DNA from: an uncultured Candidatus Binatia bacterium
Lineage (GTDB): Bacteria; Desulfobacterota; Binatia; UBA9968; CAXXLF01
Reading direction: 5' to 3'
DNA: 64,000 nucleotides
Assembly: GCA_965218425.1 (NCBI GenBank)
Contig: OZ244621.1
Coordinates: 3,616,001-3,680,000, forward strand
How positions within the stretch are numbered: position 1 is the stretch's first letter; every line of letters begins with the position of its first letter. The notes below the pieces were generated by a model. It had not been told where the DNA came from and made no database searches. It worked only from the letters and a program-made list of their open reading frames with translations. Shown one piece after another: positions 1-10,206 of the stretch. The translations under genes were made by a program, and so were the position numbers.

Positions 1-371
1 AGGTGGGGGAACTCGTGCTTGACCAACAGATTCGCCTTGGCCAAGATTTCTTCCCCATCGCTGCTGACGGCGGGCAAATCAAAGCTAAGCTTGCCGGCTT
101 TGGATTCGGCGACGATTCGATTGATGGTATCGGCAGTGTTTCCTGCAAACGCTTTGAGTTTTAGAAATGGGTACCTCTTCTTAAATCCTTTGAGTTCATC
201 ACGAAAATTATCGGCATTGCTGCCGGCCACAACGAATTCACCTTCTTTCTTGGCCTTCTCTATCATTTGATCGCGCAGCGAAGAACCATAAAGGGCTCCT
301 GGTTGAAAACCCACGATTCCCACGACAAGCACTAAAACGGTCACCTGGTGTAATCTGAACACGAAACTCAT
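1..371 (-). CDS. Extracellular solute-binding protein of an ABC transporter (iron/polyamine-like family); runs off the window edge
   Basis: Not in the ORF track. Manual translation from ATG at 371 (AGAGGA RBS 5 nt upstream): MSFVFRLHQVTVLVLVVGIVGFQPGALYGSSLRDQMIEKAKKEGEFVVAGSNADNFRDELKGFKKRYPFLKLKAF...NRIVAESKAGK. Signal peptide plus the AKKEG...F.K.YP...RI.AE..AG pattern, also seen in 40816..41982. Confidence 0.8.
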   Translation of the reverse strand, partial: MSFVFRLHQVTVLVLVVGIVGFQPGALYGSSLRDQMIEKAKKEGEFVVAGSNADNFRDELKGFKKRYPFLKLKAFAGNTADTINRIVAESKAGKLSFDLPAVSSDGEEILAKANLLVKHEFPH

Positions 372-527
372 TATAATCCTCTTTTGGGTGATATCCCTTT
401 GATATGACTGTGTTTCTATGACCGGTATGGTGTACGGCTTATTTACGAAACTAACCCGGGCAAGCAAATTGCCAAAGGGCCTTGTACTATGGCTATTGGA
501 TTGAGTCAAGTGGCCGATTCGCCGGTC

Positions 528-556
528 TTGACATTACCCAGAAGGGGGAATATAAA
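528..556 (+). promoter_or_regulatory. Sigma70-type promoter of the pyr operon
   Basis: TTGACA (528-533), 17 nt spacer, TATAAA (551-556), directly upstream of the PyrR-binding hairpin. Confidence 0.85.
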
Positions 557-563
557 TATACAG

Positions 564-606
564 GATATAACCTTTTAAACTGATCCTGTGAGATCAGAAA
601 GGTATC
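564..606 (+). promoter_or_regulatory. PyrR-binding RNA hairpin (anti-antiterminator) in the pyr leader
   Basis: GATA-TAA-CCTTT-TAAA-CTGATC-CTGTGA-GATCAG-AAAGG-TATC: lower CCTTT/AAAGG stem, TTTAA-type internal element, upper stem closed by a CNGNGA hexaloop. Lies immediately upstream of pyrR. Confidence 0.85.
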
Positions 607-636
607 GTGAAAAACAAGCAACTCGCAAATCATATG

Positions 637-673
637 AAGACCCCCTGCGGTAGCTCCGTTGGGGTCTTTTTTT
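637..673 (+). terminator. Intrinsic terminator (attenuator) in the pyr leader
   Basis: AAGACCCC...GGGGTCTT stem with an inner GCGG/CCGT stem, followed by T7 (667-673). Confidence 0.85.
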
Positions 674-1265
674 GTCTATGGAAAGATTAGATCAGGTTTT
701 ATTCCAGGGAGAAGACATCGAGCGGGCCACCAGTCGCATGGCCCACGAAATCCTCGAAAGTGAGGGGAATGGAGAAGGGCTGGCCCTTGTGGGGATTCAG
801 ACCCGAGGCGCCCACTTGGTCCAAAGGATAGCCGAGAAAATCGGTTCTTTCAGCGGCACCGTTCCCCCTGTGGGGTCCATCGACGTAACCCCCTACCGCG
901 ATGACCAGAAAGCAAAGGATGAGACTAGTCCACCCTCGGTTCAATTTCCAATCTCCATTGATGAAAAAACCTTGATCCTGGTGGACGATGTCATATACAC
1001 GGGTCGCACCATACGTGCTGCATTGGAATTGATTTTTCAACTTGGCAAGCCAAAGAGAATACTGGTGGCTGTATTGGTGGACCGGGGTGACAGGGAACTT
1101 CCCATCAAAGCGGATATCGTTGGCAAGAATGTGCGTGTGCCGGGATTGTCACGGGTCAATGTCCTGCTGAGTGAATTGGACGGGGTAGATCAGGTGACCG
1201 TAACTGAGGAGCAAGGCCTGAACCTTCACGGGGGAAATAGACCCCGAACCACAAACTCACGTTAA
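672..1265 (+). CDS. pyrR: PyrR, pyr operon attenuation protein / uracil phosphoribosyltransferase-like (start TTG 672 or ATG 678)
   Basis: RMAHEI, GIQTRG, IDVTPYRDD, LILVDDVIYTGRTIRAAL and VLVDRGDRELPIKAD.VGKN motifs. Confidence 0.93.
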   Translation: MSMERLDQVLFQGEDIERATSRMAHEILESEGNGEGLALVGIQTRGAHLVQRIAEKIGSFSGTVPPVGSIDVTPYRDDQKAKDETSPPSVQFPISIDEKTLILVDDVIYTGRTIRAALELIFQLGKPKRILVAVLVDRGDRELPIKADIVGKNVRVPGLSRVNVLLSELDGVDQVTVTEEQGLNLHGGNRPRTTNSR

Positions 1266-1442
1266 TCCTTTTGGGGGAACCCCCTGGCCGGGAATGAACC
1301 ATGACTCTGAGGAGAAACTTAAAATTTGAATCCCTGTGCTCACGTACTGGGCGTTATGTTGTTCAACCTGCCTGTCGAGAGTCACTAGGTCGAGCGAGAG
1401 ACCATCGACAGGTGGTACGGGGTAAACGTTAAGGATTGAGCC

Positions 1443-3383
1443 GTGAATCAACGAGATCTCGTAACCATCGATGACCTTTCGGATGAAGAGATCGAGGAGA
1501 TCTTTCATCTAGCCGATGAAATGGAGTCCGGCGGACATCGTCTCCCAGAATCTTCCATGGTGCCGGGAAAGATTATGGCCACGCTCTTCTACGAACCCAG
1601 TACCAGGACACGTCTTTCCTTTGAATCCGCAATGCACCGACTGGGGGGGGGCGTCATCAGCTGTCCTGACATGAGGTTTTCTTCCACGGCCAAGGGGGAG
1701 AGTATCGCTGACACGGCCAAGGTGGTCTCCAGCTACGCCGACATTATGGTGGTGCGCCATTATTGGGACGGGGCGGTCCAGGCCATGGCGGAACACGCCG
1801 ATGTTCCAATGATCAATGCAGGTGACGGGAGTCATGAGCACCCAACCCAGACCCTCTGCGATCTCTATACCCTACGGAGGGAAAAGGGAAAGCTCAAGGG
1901 TTTAACCCTAGCCATTTGTGGAGACATGAAACATGGGCGAACCATCCATTCTCTCGTGTATGCCCTGGCACGGTTTGGAGTCAACGTTATTATTTTAGCC
2001 GCCAAGGGAATGGAGCTTCCCGAATACGTGATTGATCGAATGGATACTCAGTATCATTACAGCCCTGTTGCGGTTCCTTCCGGCGATCTGAACGCTGTGG
2101 TGACATCCACGGACGCGGTGTATCTCGCTCCGACTCAACCCCATCAGTTGGCCCTCTTCACACAGTCGAACCTGGACATCGAAGGTCAGTTGAGCAAGGC
2201 GGCCTCTGGGCTAAAACTGGACGCTTTCTACGTTACCCGTCAACAGAAGGAGCGTCAGACCGACAATGGTTCCGAGAACGATCAGGAGTATCCCCGGATC
2301 GACGAGAGGTTCTTAAAGATCAAGCGGTTCAAGGAAACGGTTGTGATGCACCCCTTGCCCCGGGTGGATGAACTGTCGCCGGAGGTGGACAAGGATCGAA
2401 GAGGGATCTATTTCAAGCAGGCTGCCTATGGAGTTCCCATTCGAATGGCTCTCCTGAAGTTTTTGTTCGATGCCTCGGAGGCCAAGAGGCCGCGTCCCGT
2501 GCGAAAGCAATACCTTCTCTTCGAAAATCCTGAGCCGGTGGGTCCGCAATGTCCCAATGCCAAATGCGTGACCCGTATGGAGGCCCCCTCCACTCGGCCA
2601 AGATTTGAAGTCCTGTTTACGGGTCCAGGAAGCGGGCTGATTCTCCGCTGTCTTTACTGTGATCACCAACTCCGGGTCCGTATCATCGGACATTTAAAGT
2701 CCAAGCGATATTGCTCCTACGACGCCACCTTGGAACAGACCACCCGGGAGTGGTTGAAGAGCGGAGAATTGGCCGTTTTCGATACCATAAAACAGGCCGA
2801 GGAGCAGTTTTATGAGCCCTATAAAACGGGTCCACAGCGAACGATCATGGATGAAGCTGAGATTCACGAAGCCATCCAGCACATAGCCGAACGAATTGTC
2901 AATGAGGCGGAAAGTCCCGTTCCTCTGCTCGTTCTCGGTATCCGAACCAAGGGAGTGTTTATCGCCAATCGCATGGTAGCTGAACTGGCCAGGCAGGGGA
3001 GAAAGGCGGAGGCGGGAGAGATTGAGGTATTTGGCACCCAGGGTGAAGAGGACGGCAAGCCACCCATCGCATCCGTGAACGATTCATTACCACTCAATAT
3101 AAAAAGCCGTCCCGTGGTTCTGGTGGACGACGTCATTCATACGGGTCGGACGGTGAAAAGCGCCCTTAGTATCATATTCAAATCGGGCCGGCCCCAATCC
3201 GTACGTTTGGCAGTCTTGATCGATAGGGGCCATCGCGAGGTGCCGGTAAAGCCCAATTATATAGGTAAGCACATACCGAGTTCAGAAAGGGAACGAGTTC
3301 GCGTCAAGCTACGCGAGGTGGAAAAGGATGAGCGGGATAAAGTGGTTATCTATTCGGTGATCAATCCAACGGTCCCCGGGTAG
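1443..3383 (+). CDS. pyrB: Aspartate carbamoyltransferase catalytic chain fused to a PyrI-type Zn domain and a C-terminal PyrR-like PRTase domain
   Basis: Residues 1-~345: [36 protein letters not shown]. Residues 370-406: CPNAKC...RCLYCD. Residues ~467-640: [38 protein letters not shown]. Confidence 0.93.
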   Translation: MNQRDLVTIDDLSDEEIEEIFHLADEMESGGHRLPESSMVPGKIMATLFYEPSTRTRLSFESAMHRLGGGVISCPDMRFSSTAKGESIADTAKVVSSYADIMVVRHYWDGAVQAMAEHADVPMINAGDGSHEHPTQTLCDLYTLRREKGKLKGLTLAICGDMKHGRTIHSLVYALARFGVNVIILAAKGMELPEYVIDRMDTQYHYSPVAVPSGDLNAVVTSTDAVYLAPTQPHQLALFTQSNLDIEGQLSKAASGLKLDAFYVTRQQKERQTDNGSENDQEYPRIDERFLKIKRFKETVVMHPLPRVDELSPEVDKDRRGIYFKQAAYGVPIRMALLKFLFDASEAKRPRPVRKQYLLFENPEPVGPQCPNAKCVTRMEAPSTRPRFEVLFTGPGSGLILRCLYCDHQLRVRIIGHLKSKRYCSYDATLEQTTREWLKSGELAVFDTIKQAEEQFYEPYKTGPQRTIMDEAEIHEAIQHIAERIVNEAESPVPLLVLGIRTKGVFIANRMVAELARQGRKAEAGEIEVFGTQGEEDGKPPIASVNDSLPLNIKSRPVVLVDDVIHTGRTVKSALSIIFKSGRPQSVRLAVLIDRGHREVPVKPNYIGKHIPSSERERVRVKLREVEKDERDKVVIYSVINPTVPG

Positions 3384-3397
3384 CGGACCCTCACTGG

Positions 3398-4522
3398 ATG
3401 AAAGCGGTACTGGCATTAGCGGACGGTGAGGTTTACGTGGGTCGATCCTTCGGTAGTGAAGGCGAGGCCGGAGGTGAGGTGGTGTTTAACACGAGCATGA
3501 CCGGATACCAGGAAATTTTGACGGATCCCTCCTATGAGGGACAAATGGTGGCCATGACCTATCCTGAAATCGGCAATGTTGGGGTTAACCCCGAGGACGT
3601 GGAGTCGCGTAAAGCTTTTGTGAAAGGATTCATTGTCAAGGAGTATTCACCTGTTCCCAGTAACTGGCGCTCTGCGGAGTCCTTGCACCGGTACATGAAA
3701 GAAAACGGCATTGTAGGCATTGAAGGGATCGACACGAGATCTCTGGTCAGACATTTGCGTGATAGCGGTTCCCAAGAAGGAATCATTTCGACGGGCGAGC
3801 AAAACCAGCAGGAACTCATTGCCAAGGCCCAAAGCTCGCCGGGTTTGCTTGGAAGAGATCTGGTGAAGGAAGTGACTTGCAAAGAGCCCTACGGCTGGGA
3901 CCGTGGAATTTGGGAGTTAGGCAAGGGCTATCAGGCGCAGGGGCAAACGGCTTACTCCGTGGTGGCCTACAACTACGGCATCAAGTTCAATATCCTACGG
4001 GGTCTGGTGGAGTCGGGATGCAATGTTAAGGTGGTTCCGGCCCGGACCTCGGCAGAGGATGTGTTGGCTGAAAACCCCGATGGGATATTTCTTTCCAATG
4101 GGCCAGGGGACCCCGATGCGGTTCCCTATGGAAAAGAAATCGTGCAGAAACTCGTTGGTGAGAAGCCTATCTTCGGGATTTGCTTGGGTCATCAGATTTT
4201 AGGTCTCGCTCTGGGGGGTAAGACCTATAAGTTGAAGTTTGGTCACCATGGCGGGAACCAACCAGTCATGAACCTAACGACAAAAAAAGTAGAGATCACG
4301 ACTCAGAATCATGGGTTTGCCGTGGACCCAGACTCATTGCAGGGATCGGCGGTGGTAACCCACCTAAACCTCAATGATCATACGGTGGAAGGGCTGGCTC
4401 ATAAGGCGCTACCCATCTTTTCCGTTCAGTATCACCCGGAATCTTCACCCGGCCCTCACGATGCCCACTACCTATTCCAGAGGTTTGTGGAGATGATGAA
4501 ACACAGAAAGAAATATGTTTAA
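3398..4522 (+). CDS. carA: Carbamoyl-phosphate synthase small (glutaminase) subunit
   Basis: [29 protein letters not shown] and SVQYHPE motifs. Confidence 0.98.
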   Translation: MKAVLALADGEVYVGRSFGSEGEAGGEVVFNTSMTGYQEILTDPSYEGQMVAMTYPEIGNVGVNPEDVESRKAFVKGFIVKEYSPVPSNWRSAESLHRYMKENGIVGIEGIDTRSLVRHLRDSGSQEGIISTGEQNQQELIAKAQSSPGLLGRDLVKEVTCKEPYGWDRGIWELGKGYQAQGQTAYSVVAYNYGIKFNILRGLVESGCNVKVVPARTSAEDVLAENPDGIFLSNGPGDPDAVPYGKEIVQKLVGEKPIFGICLGHQILGLALGGKTYKLKFGHHGGNQPVMNLTTKKVEITTQNHGFAVDPDSLQGSAVVTHLNLNDHTVEGLAHKALPIFSVQYHPESSPGPHDAHYLFQRFVEMMKHRKKYV

Positions 4523-4591
4523 AAACAATATATTATCATATATAACTTAAAGTATATATGAAAATGTCTGAACGCCGGATAGCCTCTTTTT

Positions 4592-7500
4592 ATGCCTAAA
4601 CGGACCGACATCAAATCAGTATTGCTCATCGGCTCAGGTCCCATTGTTATCGGTCAGGTCTGCGAGTTCGACTATTCGGGAACCCAGGCCCTCAAGGCCC
4701 TTAAAGAAGAGGGCTACCGGGTGGTTTTAGTCAACTCCAACCCGGCCACCATCATGACCGACCCTGACTTTGCGGACCGAACCTACGTTGAGCCCATCAC
4801 GGTTGACATGGTTGAAAAGATCATCGGCAAAGAGCGACCGGATGCGTTGCTTTCCACACTGGGAGGGCAGACCGCATTGAATGTTGCCATTGACCTGGCC
4901 GAGCAGGGGATCCTCCAGCAATACGGGGTGGAGATGATCGGGGCGAAGCTAGAGGCCATCAAAAAGGCAGAGGACCGTGACCTATTCAAGCTGGCAATGA
5001 GCAAGGTGGGACTGGACCTGCCCAGGAGCGGCTATGCGCACAGTTTGGACGAGGCCCTTGAGATACAACGGGAGCTCAACTTTCCACTGGTGATTCGACC
5101 TTCGCGAACCTTAGGGGGGAGCGGCGCCAGTATTGCTTATGGCCCAGAGCAATTTACCGAGGCGGTTACCTGGGGTCTGAAACTATCACCGGTACACGAG
5201 GTGCTGGTGGAGGAATCGGTCTTGGGATGGAAAGAATTTGAGCTGGAGGTCATGCGTGACCACAAGGACAATGTGGTCATCGTTTGCTCCATTGAGAACT
5301 TCGATCCCATGGGGGTTCACACGGGGGATTCCATTACCGTAGCCCCTGCCCAGACTCTCACGGACAAAGAGTATCAGATCATGAGGGATGCGGCGCTCAA
5401 GATCATACGCGAGATAGTCGTGGATACGGGTGGATCCAATATTCAGTTTGCCGTGAACCCGAACAACGGTCGACTGGTGGTGACCGAGATGAATCCACGG
5501 GTTTCCAGGAGTTCGGCCCTGGCCAGTAAGGCAACAGGCTTTCCCATTGCCAAGATCGCCGCGAAACTGGCGGTGGGTTATACCCTTGATGAAATACCAA
5601 ATGACATTACCCGGGAAACCCGGGCGTGCTTTGAGCCCACCATCGATTATGTGGTGGTAAAGATCCCCCGATTTACCTTTGAAAAGTTTCCACAGGCTAC
5701 GGATTTTCTCACCACTCAAATGAAATCCGTGGGGGAGGCCATGGCCATCGGTCGTACTTTTAAAGAAGCCCTGCAAAAGGCCGTGCGATCACTGGAAGTG
5801 GGATCCTATGGCTTTGATGAGAGGCTCATGCCTGAAGGGGACCACGAGAAAATTGACGGGTTTATCACTCAAAAACTGCAGACCCCCAATGCCCAACGCT
5901 TATGGTACTTAGCCGAAGCTTTCCGCAGGGGATATTCCGTGAGGGACCTTTTCCAGTTAACTCGAATCGACCCTTGGTTTTTAGAGCGCCTGCGCGAAAT
6001 CGTGGAGACTGAGTCCGAAATCCAGCAGTGGAATAAGGCGACACCGCCCATGGGTGAGTTTCTTTATACGGTGAAGCAGATGGGATTCTCTGATCGGCGG
6101 TTGGCTCATCTCATGGGCCGCAGTGAGGCAGAAATACGTTCATCTCGCTTGCAGTACGGAATCCGTGCGGTATTTCGCACTGTGGACACCTGCGCAGCGG
6201 AGTTTGCCGCCTACACACCCTACCTCTATTCCACCTACGATGAAGGAGAAGACGAGTCGAACCCCAGCGGACGAAAAAAAATTATGATCCTTGGGGGAGG
6301 ACCCAACCGCATCGGTCAAGGCATTGAGTTCGACTATTGCTGTGTCCACGCGGCCTTCGCCTTGAAGGAGGATGGCTACGAGACTATCATGGTCAACTGC
6401 AACCCGGAGACGGTGAGCACCGACTACGACACTTCGGATAAACTTTATTTCGAACCACTTACTTTGGAAGATGTTCTCAGCATCGTGGATGTGGAAAAAC
6501 CGGATGGGGTGATCGTTCAGTTTGGGGGACAAACCCCACTCAGGTTAGCCCTGTCTCTGGAAAAGGCCGGCGTCAAGCTCATCGGGACCTCGCCTGATAG
6601 CATCGATCTTGCGGAAGATCGGGACAGGTTTAGAGAGCTCCTCCAGGCGCTCGGTTTGAAGCAACCCGTGAGCGGCAGCGCCCGTTCCTATGAGGAGGGA
6701 AAGGAGATTGCTGAACGGATTGGCTACCCGGTTTTGGTGCGTCCCTCCTATGTTCTGGGAGGGAGGGCCATGGATATCGTTTATGATGAGACTGACCTGA
6801 AGCTCTACATGACCAATGCGGTCGCCGCTTCGCCTGAGCACCCCGTGTTGATTGACGAGTTCTTGGACGATGCCGTTGAGGTGGACGTGGACGCTTTGGC
6901 TGACGGAGAAGACGTGGTCATTGGTGGAATCATGGAGCACATCGAACGGGCTGGCGTTCACTCCGGGGATAGCGCCTGTTCACTACCGCCGAAATCCATT
7001 GATGATTGCGTCCAGGATGAAATCCGACGCCAGACGGTTTCCCTGGCCCGGGCACTTGGTGTCAGGGGGCTCATGAACGTGCAGTTTGCAGTTAAGGGAA
7101 CCGAGGTTTTTATACTAGAGGTTAACCCGCGGGCTTCTAGAACCGTGCCTTTTGTGAGCAAGGCCATAGGGATCCCCCTGGCCAAAATGGCGGCACGGGT
7201 AACGGTGGGGCAAAGGCTTAGAGACCTGGGTATGAGCTCCGAGGTCGTGCCCACCCATATCGCTGTCAAAGAATCGGTTTTTCCCTTTAGCAAGTTTCCC
7301 GGTGTGGACACCCTGCTGGGTCCGGAAATGAAATCCACCGGGGAGGTGATGGGTATCGATCATTCCTTTGGTCAGGCCTTTGCAAAGGCTCAGCTGGGAG
7401 GCGGAATGCGCTTGCCCCAGACCGGAAGGGTCTTTATCAGTATTCGCGATGAACACAAGGAAAGGGCCGGCGCCATCGCCCATAGGCTCCATAAGATTGG

Positions 7501-7849
7501 CTTTCGGGTTTTAGCCACCAAGGGCACTGCCGCGTTTTTTGAAAAGAAAAATATTCCTGCCGAGGTAATCAACAAGGTGCAGGAAGGAAGCCCGCATGTG
7601 GTGGACGCCATTCAATGCGGTGAGGTGGCCATGGTCATCAACACTCCCACGGACGCCCACTCCCAGGCCGACTCCTACTATATCCGTCGAAACGCCTTGG
7701 ACTTTCAGATTCCTTACTTTACTACCATTGCAGGCGCAGATGCGGCGGTGGAAGGGATCGAATTGTTGAAGGATGGTGATCTGGTGGTTCGAGCGCTTCA
7801 AGAATACCGGGCCACAACCCGTCGTGTTACTGAACCGTCAACTGAATGA
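4592..7849 (+). CDS. carB: Carbamoyl-phosphate synthase large subunit
   Basis: [29 protein letters not shown], duplicated ATP-grasp halves, C-terminal MGS domain; 1085 aa. Confidence 0.98.
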   Translation: MPKRTDIKSVLLIGSGPIVIGQVCEFDYSGTQALKALKEEGYRVVLVNSNPATIMTDPDFADRTYVEPITVDMVEKIIGKERPDALLSTLGGQTALNVAIDLAEQGILQQYGVEMIGAKLEAIKKAEDRDLFKLAMSKVGLDLPRSGYAHSLDEALEIQRELNFPLVIRPSRTLGGSGASIAYGPEQFTEAVTWGLKLSPVHEVLVEESVLGWKEFELEVMRDHKDNVVIVCSIENFDPMGVHTGDSITVAPAQTLTDKEYQIMRDAALKIIREIVVDTGGSNIQFAVNPNNGRLVVTEMNPRVSRSSALASKATGFPIAKIAAKLAVGYTLDEIPNDITRETRACFEPTIDYVVVKIPRFTFEKFPQATDFLTTQMKSVGEAMAIGRTFKEALQKAVRSLEVGSYGFDERLMPEGDHEKIDGFITQKLQTPNAQRLWYLAEAFRRGYSVRDLFQLTRIDPWFLERLREIVETESEIQQWNKATPPMGEFLYTVKQMGFSDRRLAHLMGRSEAEIRSSRLQYGIRAVFRTVDTCAAEFAAYTPYLYSTYDEGEDESNPSGRKKIMILGGGPNRIGQGIEFDYCCVHAAFALKEDGYETIMVNCNPETVSTDYDTSDKLYFEPLTLEDVLSIVDVEKPDGVIVQFGGQTPLRLALSLEKAGVKLIGTSPDSIDLAEDRDRFRELLQALGLKQPVSGSARSYEEGKEIAERIGYPVLVRPSYVLGGRAMDIVYDETDLKLYMTNAVAASPEHPVLIDEFLDDAVEVDVDALADGEDVVIGGIMEHIERAGVHSGDSACSLPPKSIDDCVQDEIRRQTVSLARALGVRGLMNVQFAVKGTEVFILEVNPRASRTVPFVSKAIGIPLAKMAARVTVGQRLRDLGMSSEVVPTHIAVKESVFPFSKFPGVDTLLGPEMKSTGEVMGIDHSFGQAFAKAQLGGGMRLPQTGRVFISIRDEHKERAGAIAHRLHKIGFRVLATKGTAAFFEKKNIPAEVINKVQEGSPHVVDAIQCGEVAMVINTPTDAHSQADSYYIRRNALDFQIPYFTTIAGADAAVEGIELLKDGDLVVRALQEYRATTRRVTEPSTE

Positions 7850-10047
7850 GGCAATTTCAGAACTCAGCAGTGGAAACTCCTGATTATGAGCTGACCCCTT
7901 TTTCTCCTCGAGAGTGTTTTAACGCCCTTAAAACCCCTATTCGATTCCTCAAAGGCGTGGGCCCCGCTCGGGCCGCGCTGTTCGAGAGCGTGGGCCTGCA
8001 CACGGTGGAAGATCTGTTGTATCATCTGCCGTTTCGATACGAAGACCGTAGGGAAATCAAAAAGATAAGCCAAGCAACCGTTGGGGCAGAGGATTCTTTT
8101 ATCGGTAAATTGGTGGCCCTCGATAAGAGATATGTCCCCCGGTGGAGAAGGCAGATTCTCACCGGTAAGCTTGCGGACGAAACCGGAAGTCTTCACCTAG
8201 TGTGGTTTTACCCCAAGCCTTATATTACGGAGCGGCTTACCGCTGACGGTGATTTCATGGTGTACGGTAAGGTGGAAGGCGGCAGGGGCTCGGAAAAACG
8301 AATCGCTCATCCCCAGTTTGAACCTATTGAAGACGGACAGGATAAGGACATGGAGCGAATCCTTCCGGTCTATTGGAGGCTGGGAGGGATTCCATTGGGG
8401 ATGATACGAAAACTGGTACCACAGGCCCTGAGCAAGTATCGGGACTATTTACCCAGTTTCTTGCCTTTGGCCGTGGCCCGCCGCCATGACGTAACCAACC
8501 TCAAGGAAGCCCTGACGGAAATACATCAGCCGGGCAAGGATTCCGATATTGAATCCCTGGACCGGTTTAGTTCAAAGGCGCACCGTTCCATTATCTTCGA
8601 TGAGTTTTTTTACCTTCAGGTGGGGTTGGCCCTCCAGCGTAAACACCGAACGGTACTCAAGGGAATCCCATTCTCCACCGTCCATGTGGGGATGACCGCA
8701 CAGATGCGGCGACTCACCCCGTTTCAACTCACCGGAGCACAGCAGCGCGTGTTGGAGGAGATCCATAAGGACATGGAACGTCCCCGTCCCATGCAGCGTT
8801 TGATCCAAGGGGATGTGGGTTCTGGCAAGACCATTGTCGCATGGTATGCAGCGGTGAGGGCCATAGAAAATGGTTTTCAGGCGGCGATGATGGCCCCAAC
8901 GGAGCTGCTGGCTGACCAGCATTTTAACCGTCTCAAGACCTTTGCGGACCAATTGAAGATCCCTTCGGCCCTTTTGATCGGTTCCCTTCCGGCCGCTGAA
9001 AAGAGGGAGATCACCCAGAGAACCGCAAAGGGCGAAATCAAGTTTGTGGTAGGAACCCATGCCCTCATTCAGGAGAGTGTTAGGATTCCAAAAATGGGCC
9101 TCGGTATCATCGATGAGCAGCACAGATTCGGGGTGGTGCAACGGAGCGCAATGAAGCGGCTCTCAAATTGGAGAAATTCCACTGCCTTCTCACTTCCCCA
9201 ACCTGATGTTTTGCTTATGAGTGCTACGCCCATACCAAGGAGTCTCGCCATGGTTCTGTACGGTGATATGGAGGTCTCTTCATTGGACGAGATGCCCCCC
9301 GGACGCACTCCGGTGCAGACAAGGGTTTTTAAAGAAAGCCAGCGCACACAGGTCTACGAGCTGGTCCGGGAGGAGATTCGTAAAGGTCACCAGGCCTACA
9401 TTGTCTACCCGCTGGTGGAAGAGTCAGAACGGCTCCCCCTGAAGGACGCTACGGGAATGGCCAACGAATTTTCCCAGGTGGTCTTCAAGCAGTTTCGAGT
9501 GGGATTGCTCCATGGAAGGATACCTGCTGATGAGAGGGAGCGGATCATGCGCAGGTTTAAGGAGGGTGATCTCCAAATCCTGGTGGCCACCACGGTCATC
9601 GAAGTGGGAATTGACGTGCCCAACGCTACTGTCATGATGGTGGAGCATGCAGAGCGATTTGGTCTATCGCAACTGCATCAGCTTCGGGGGAGAGTGGGTA
9701 GGGGAAAGGACCAGTCTCACTGCTTTCTACTACAATACGGTACCCAGAGCCGTGAGGCACATCGAAGGCTTCATGCAATGGAAGAATTGCAAAACGGGTT
9801 CAAGATCGCCGAGGTGGACCTCCAGCTCCGGGGCCCGGGAGAAATCCTGGGGACCCGTCAATCGGGGCTGCCAGATTTTCGGCTAGCCAGCGTGTCCCGG
9901 GACGCGGAGCTTCTCCTGGAGGCACGCAGGGAGGCGCTGGGGTGGCTTGCCACCGATCCATTCCTCAAAGGGAAAGAGTCCCGGGCAATAAAAGAGGTAT
10001 TAAAACACCGTTGGAGCGGCAGATTAGAGCTTGGAAGTATAGGGTAA
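7846..10047 (+). CDS. recG: ATP-dependent DNA helicase RecG
   Basis: [50 protein letters not shown] and DLQLRGPGE motifs. Confidence 0.97.
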   Translation: MRQFQNSAVETPDYELTPFSPRECFNALKTPIRFLKGVGPARAALFESVGLHTVEDLLYHLPFRYEDRREIKKISQATVGAEDSFIGKLVALDKRYVPRWRRQILTGKLADETGSLHLVWFYPKPYITERLTADGDFMVYGKVEGGRGSEKRIAHPQFEPIEDGQDKDMERILPVYWRLGGIPLGMIRKLVPQALSKYRDYLPSFLPLAVARRHDVTNLKEALTEIHQPGKDSDIESLDRFSSKAHRSIIFDEFFYLQVGLALQRKHRTVLKGIPFSTVHVGMTAQMRRLTPFQLTGAQQRVLEEIHKDMERPRPMQRLIQGDVGSGKTIVAWYAAVRAIENGFQAAMMAPTELLADQHFNRLKTFADQLKIPSALLIGSLPAAEKREITQRTAKGEIKFVVGTHALIQESVRIPKMGLGIIDEQHRFGVVQRSAMKRLSNWRNSTAFSLPQPDVLLMSATPIPRSLAMVLYGDMEVSSLDEMPPGRTPVQTRVFKESQRTQVYELVREEIRKGHQAYIVYPLVEESERLPLKDATGMANEFSQVVFKQFRVGLLHGRIPADERERIMRRFKEGDLQILVATTVIEVGIDVPNATVMMVEHAERFGLSQLHQLRGRVGRGKDQSHCFLLQYGTQSREAHRRLHAMEELQNGFKIAEVDLQLRGPGEILGTRQSGLPDFRLASVSRDAELLLEARREALGWLATDPFLKGKESRAIKEVLKHRWSGRLELGSIG

Positions 10048-10206
10048 TTTGCACCGGCTAGGAGGATAGCTTATAAAATAAATAGCTTACAGCAATGGGT
10101 GATTGGTGCCAGTCGACAGCCGGTTAGGATTATCCAGGTGCCTCCCGGATTCCGGAATCTGGAAAAACATGACTCGGGCTAAAACGCGAAGCTTGAATAA
10201 ATTTAC

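Noticed and set aside
19..270. 83-aa plus-strand ORF
   Set aside because: Antisense shadow of the minus-strand solute-binding protein gene, which has an RBS and family motifs.
1266..1442. Possible known riboswitch (c-di-AMP or PRPP/ykkC type) before pyrB, prompted by TGAATCC and GGTACGG words
   Set aside because: The remaining consensus elements are missing or out of order; kept only as an unassigned hairpin.
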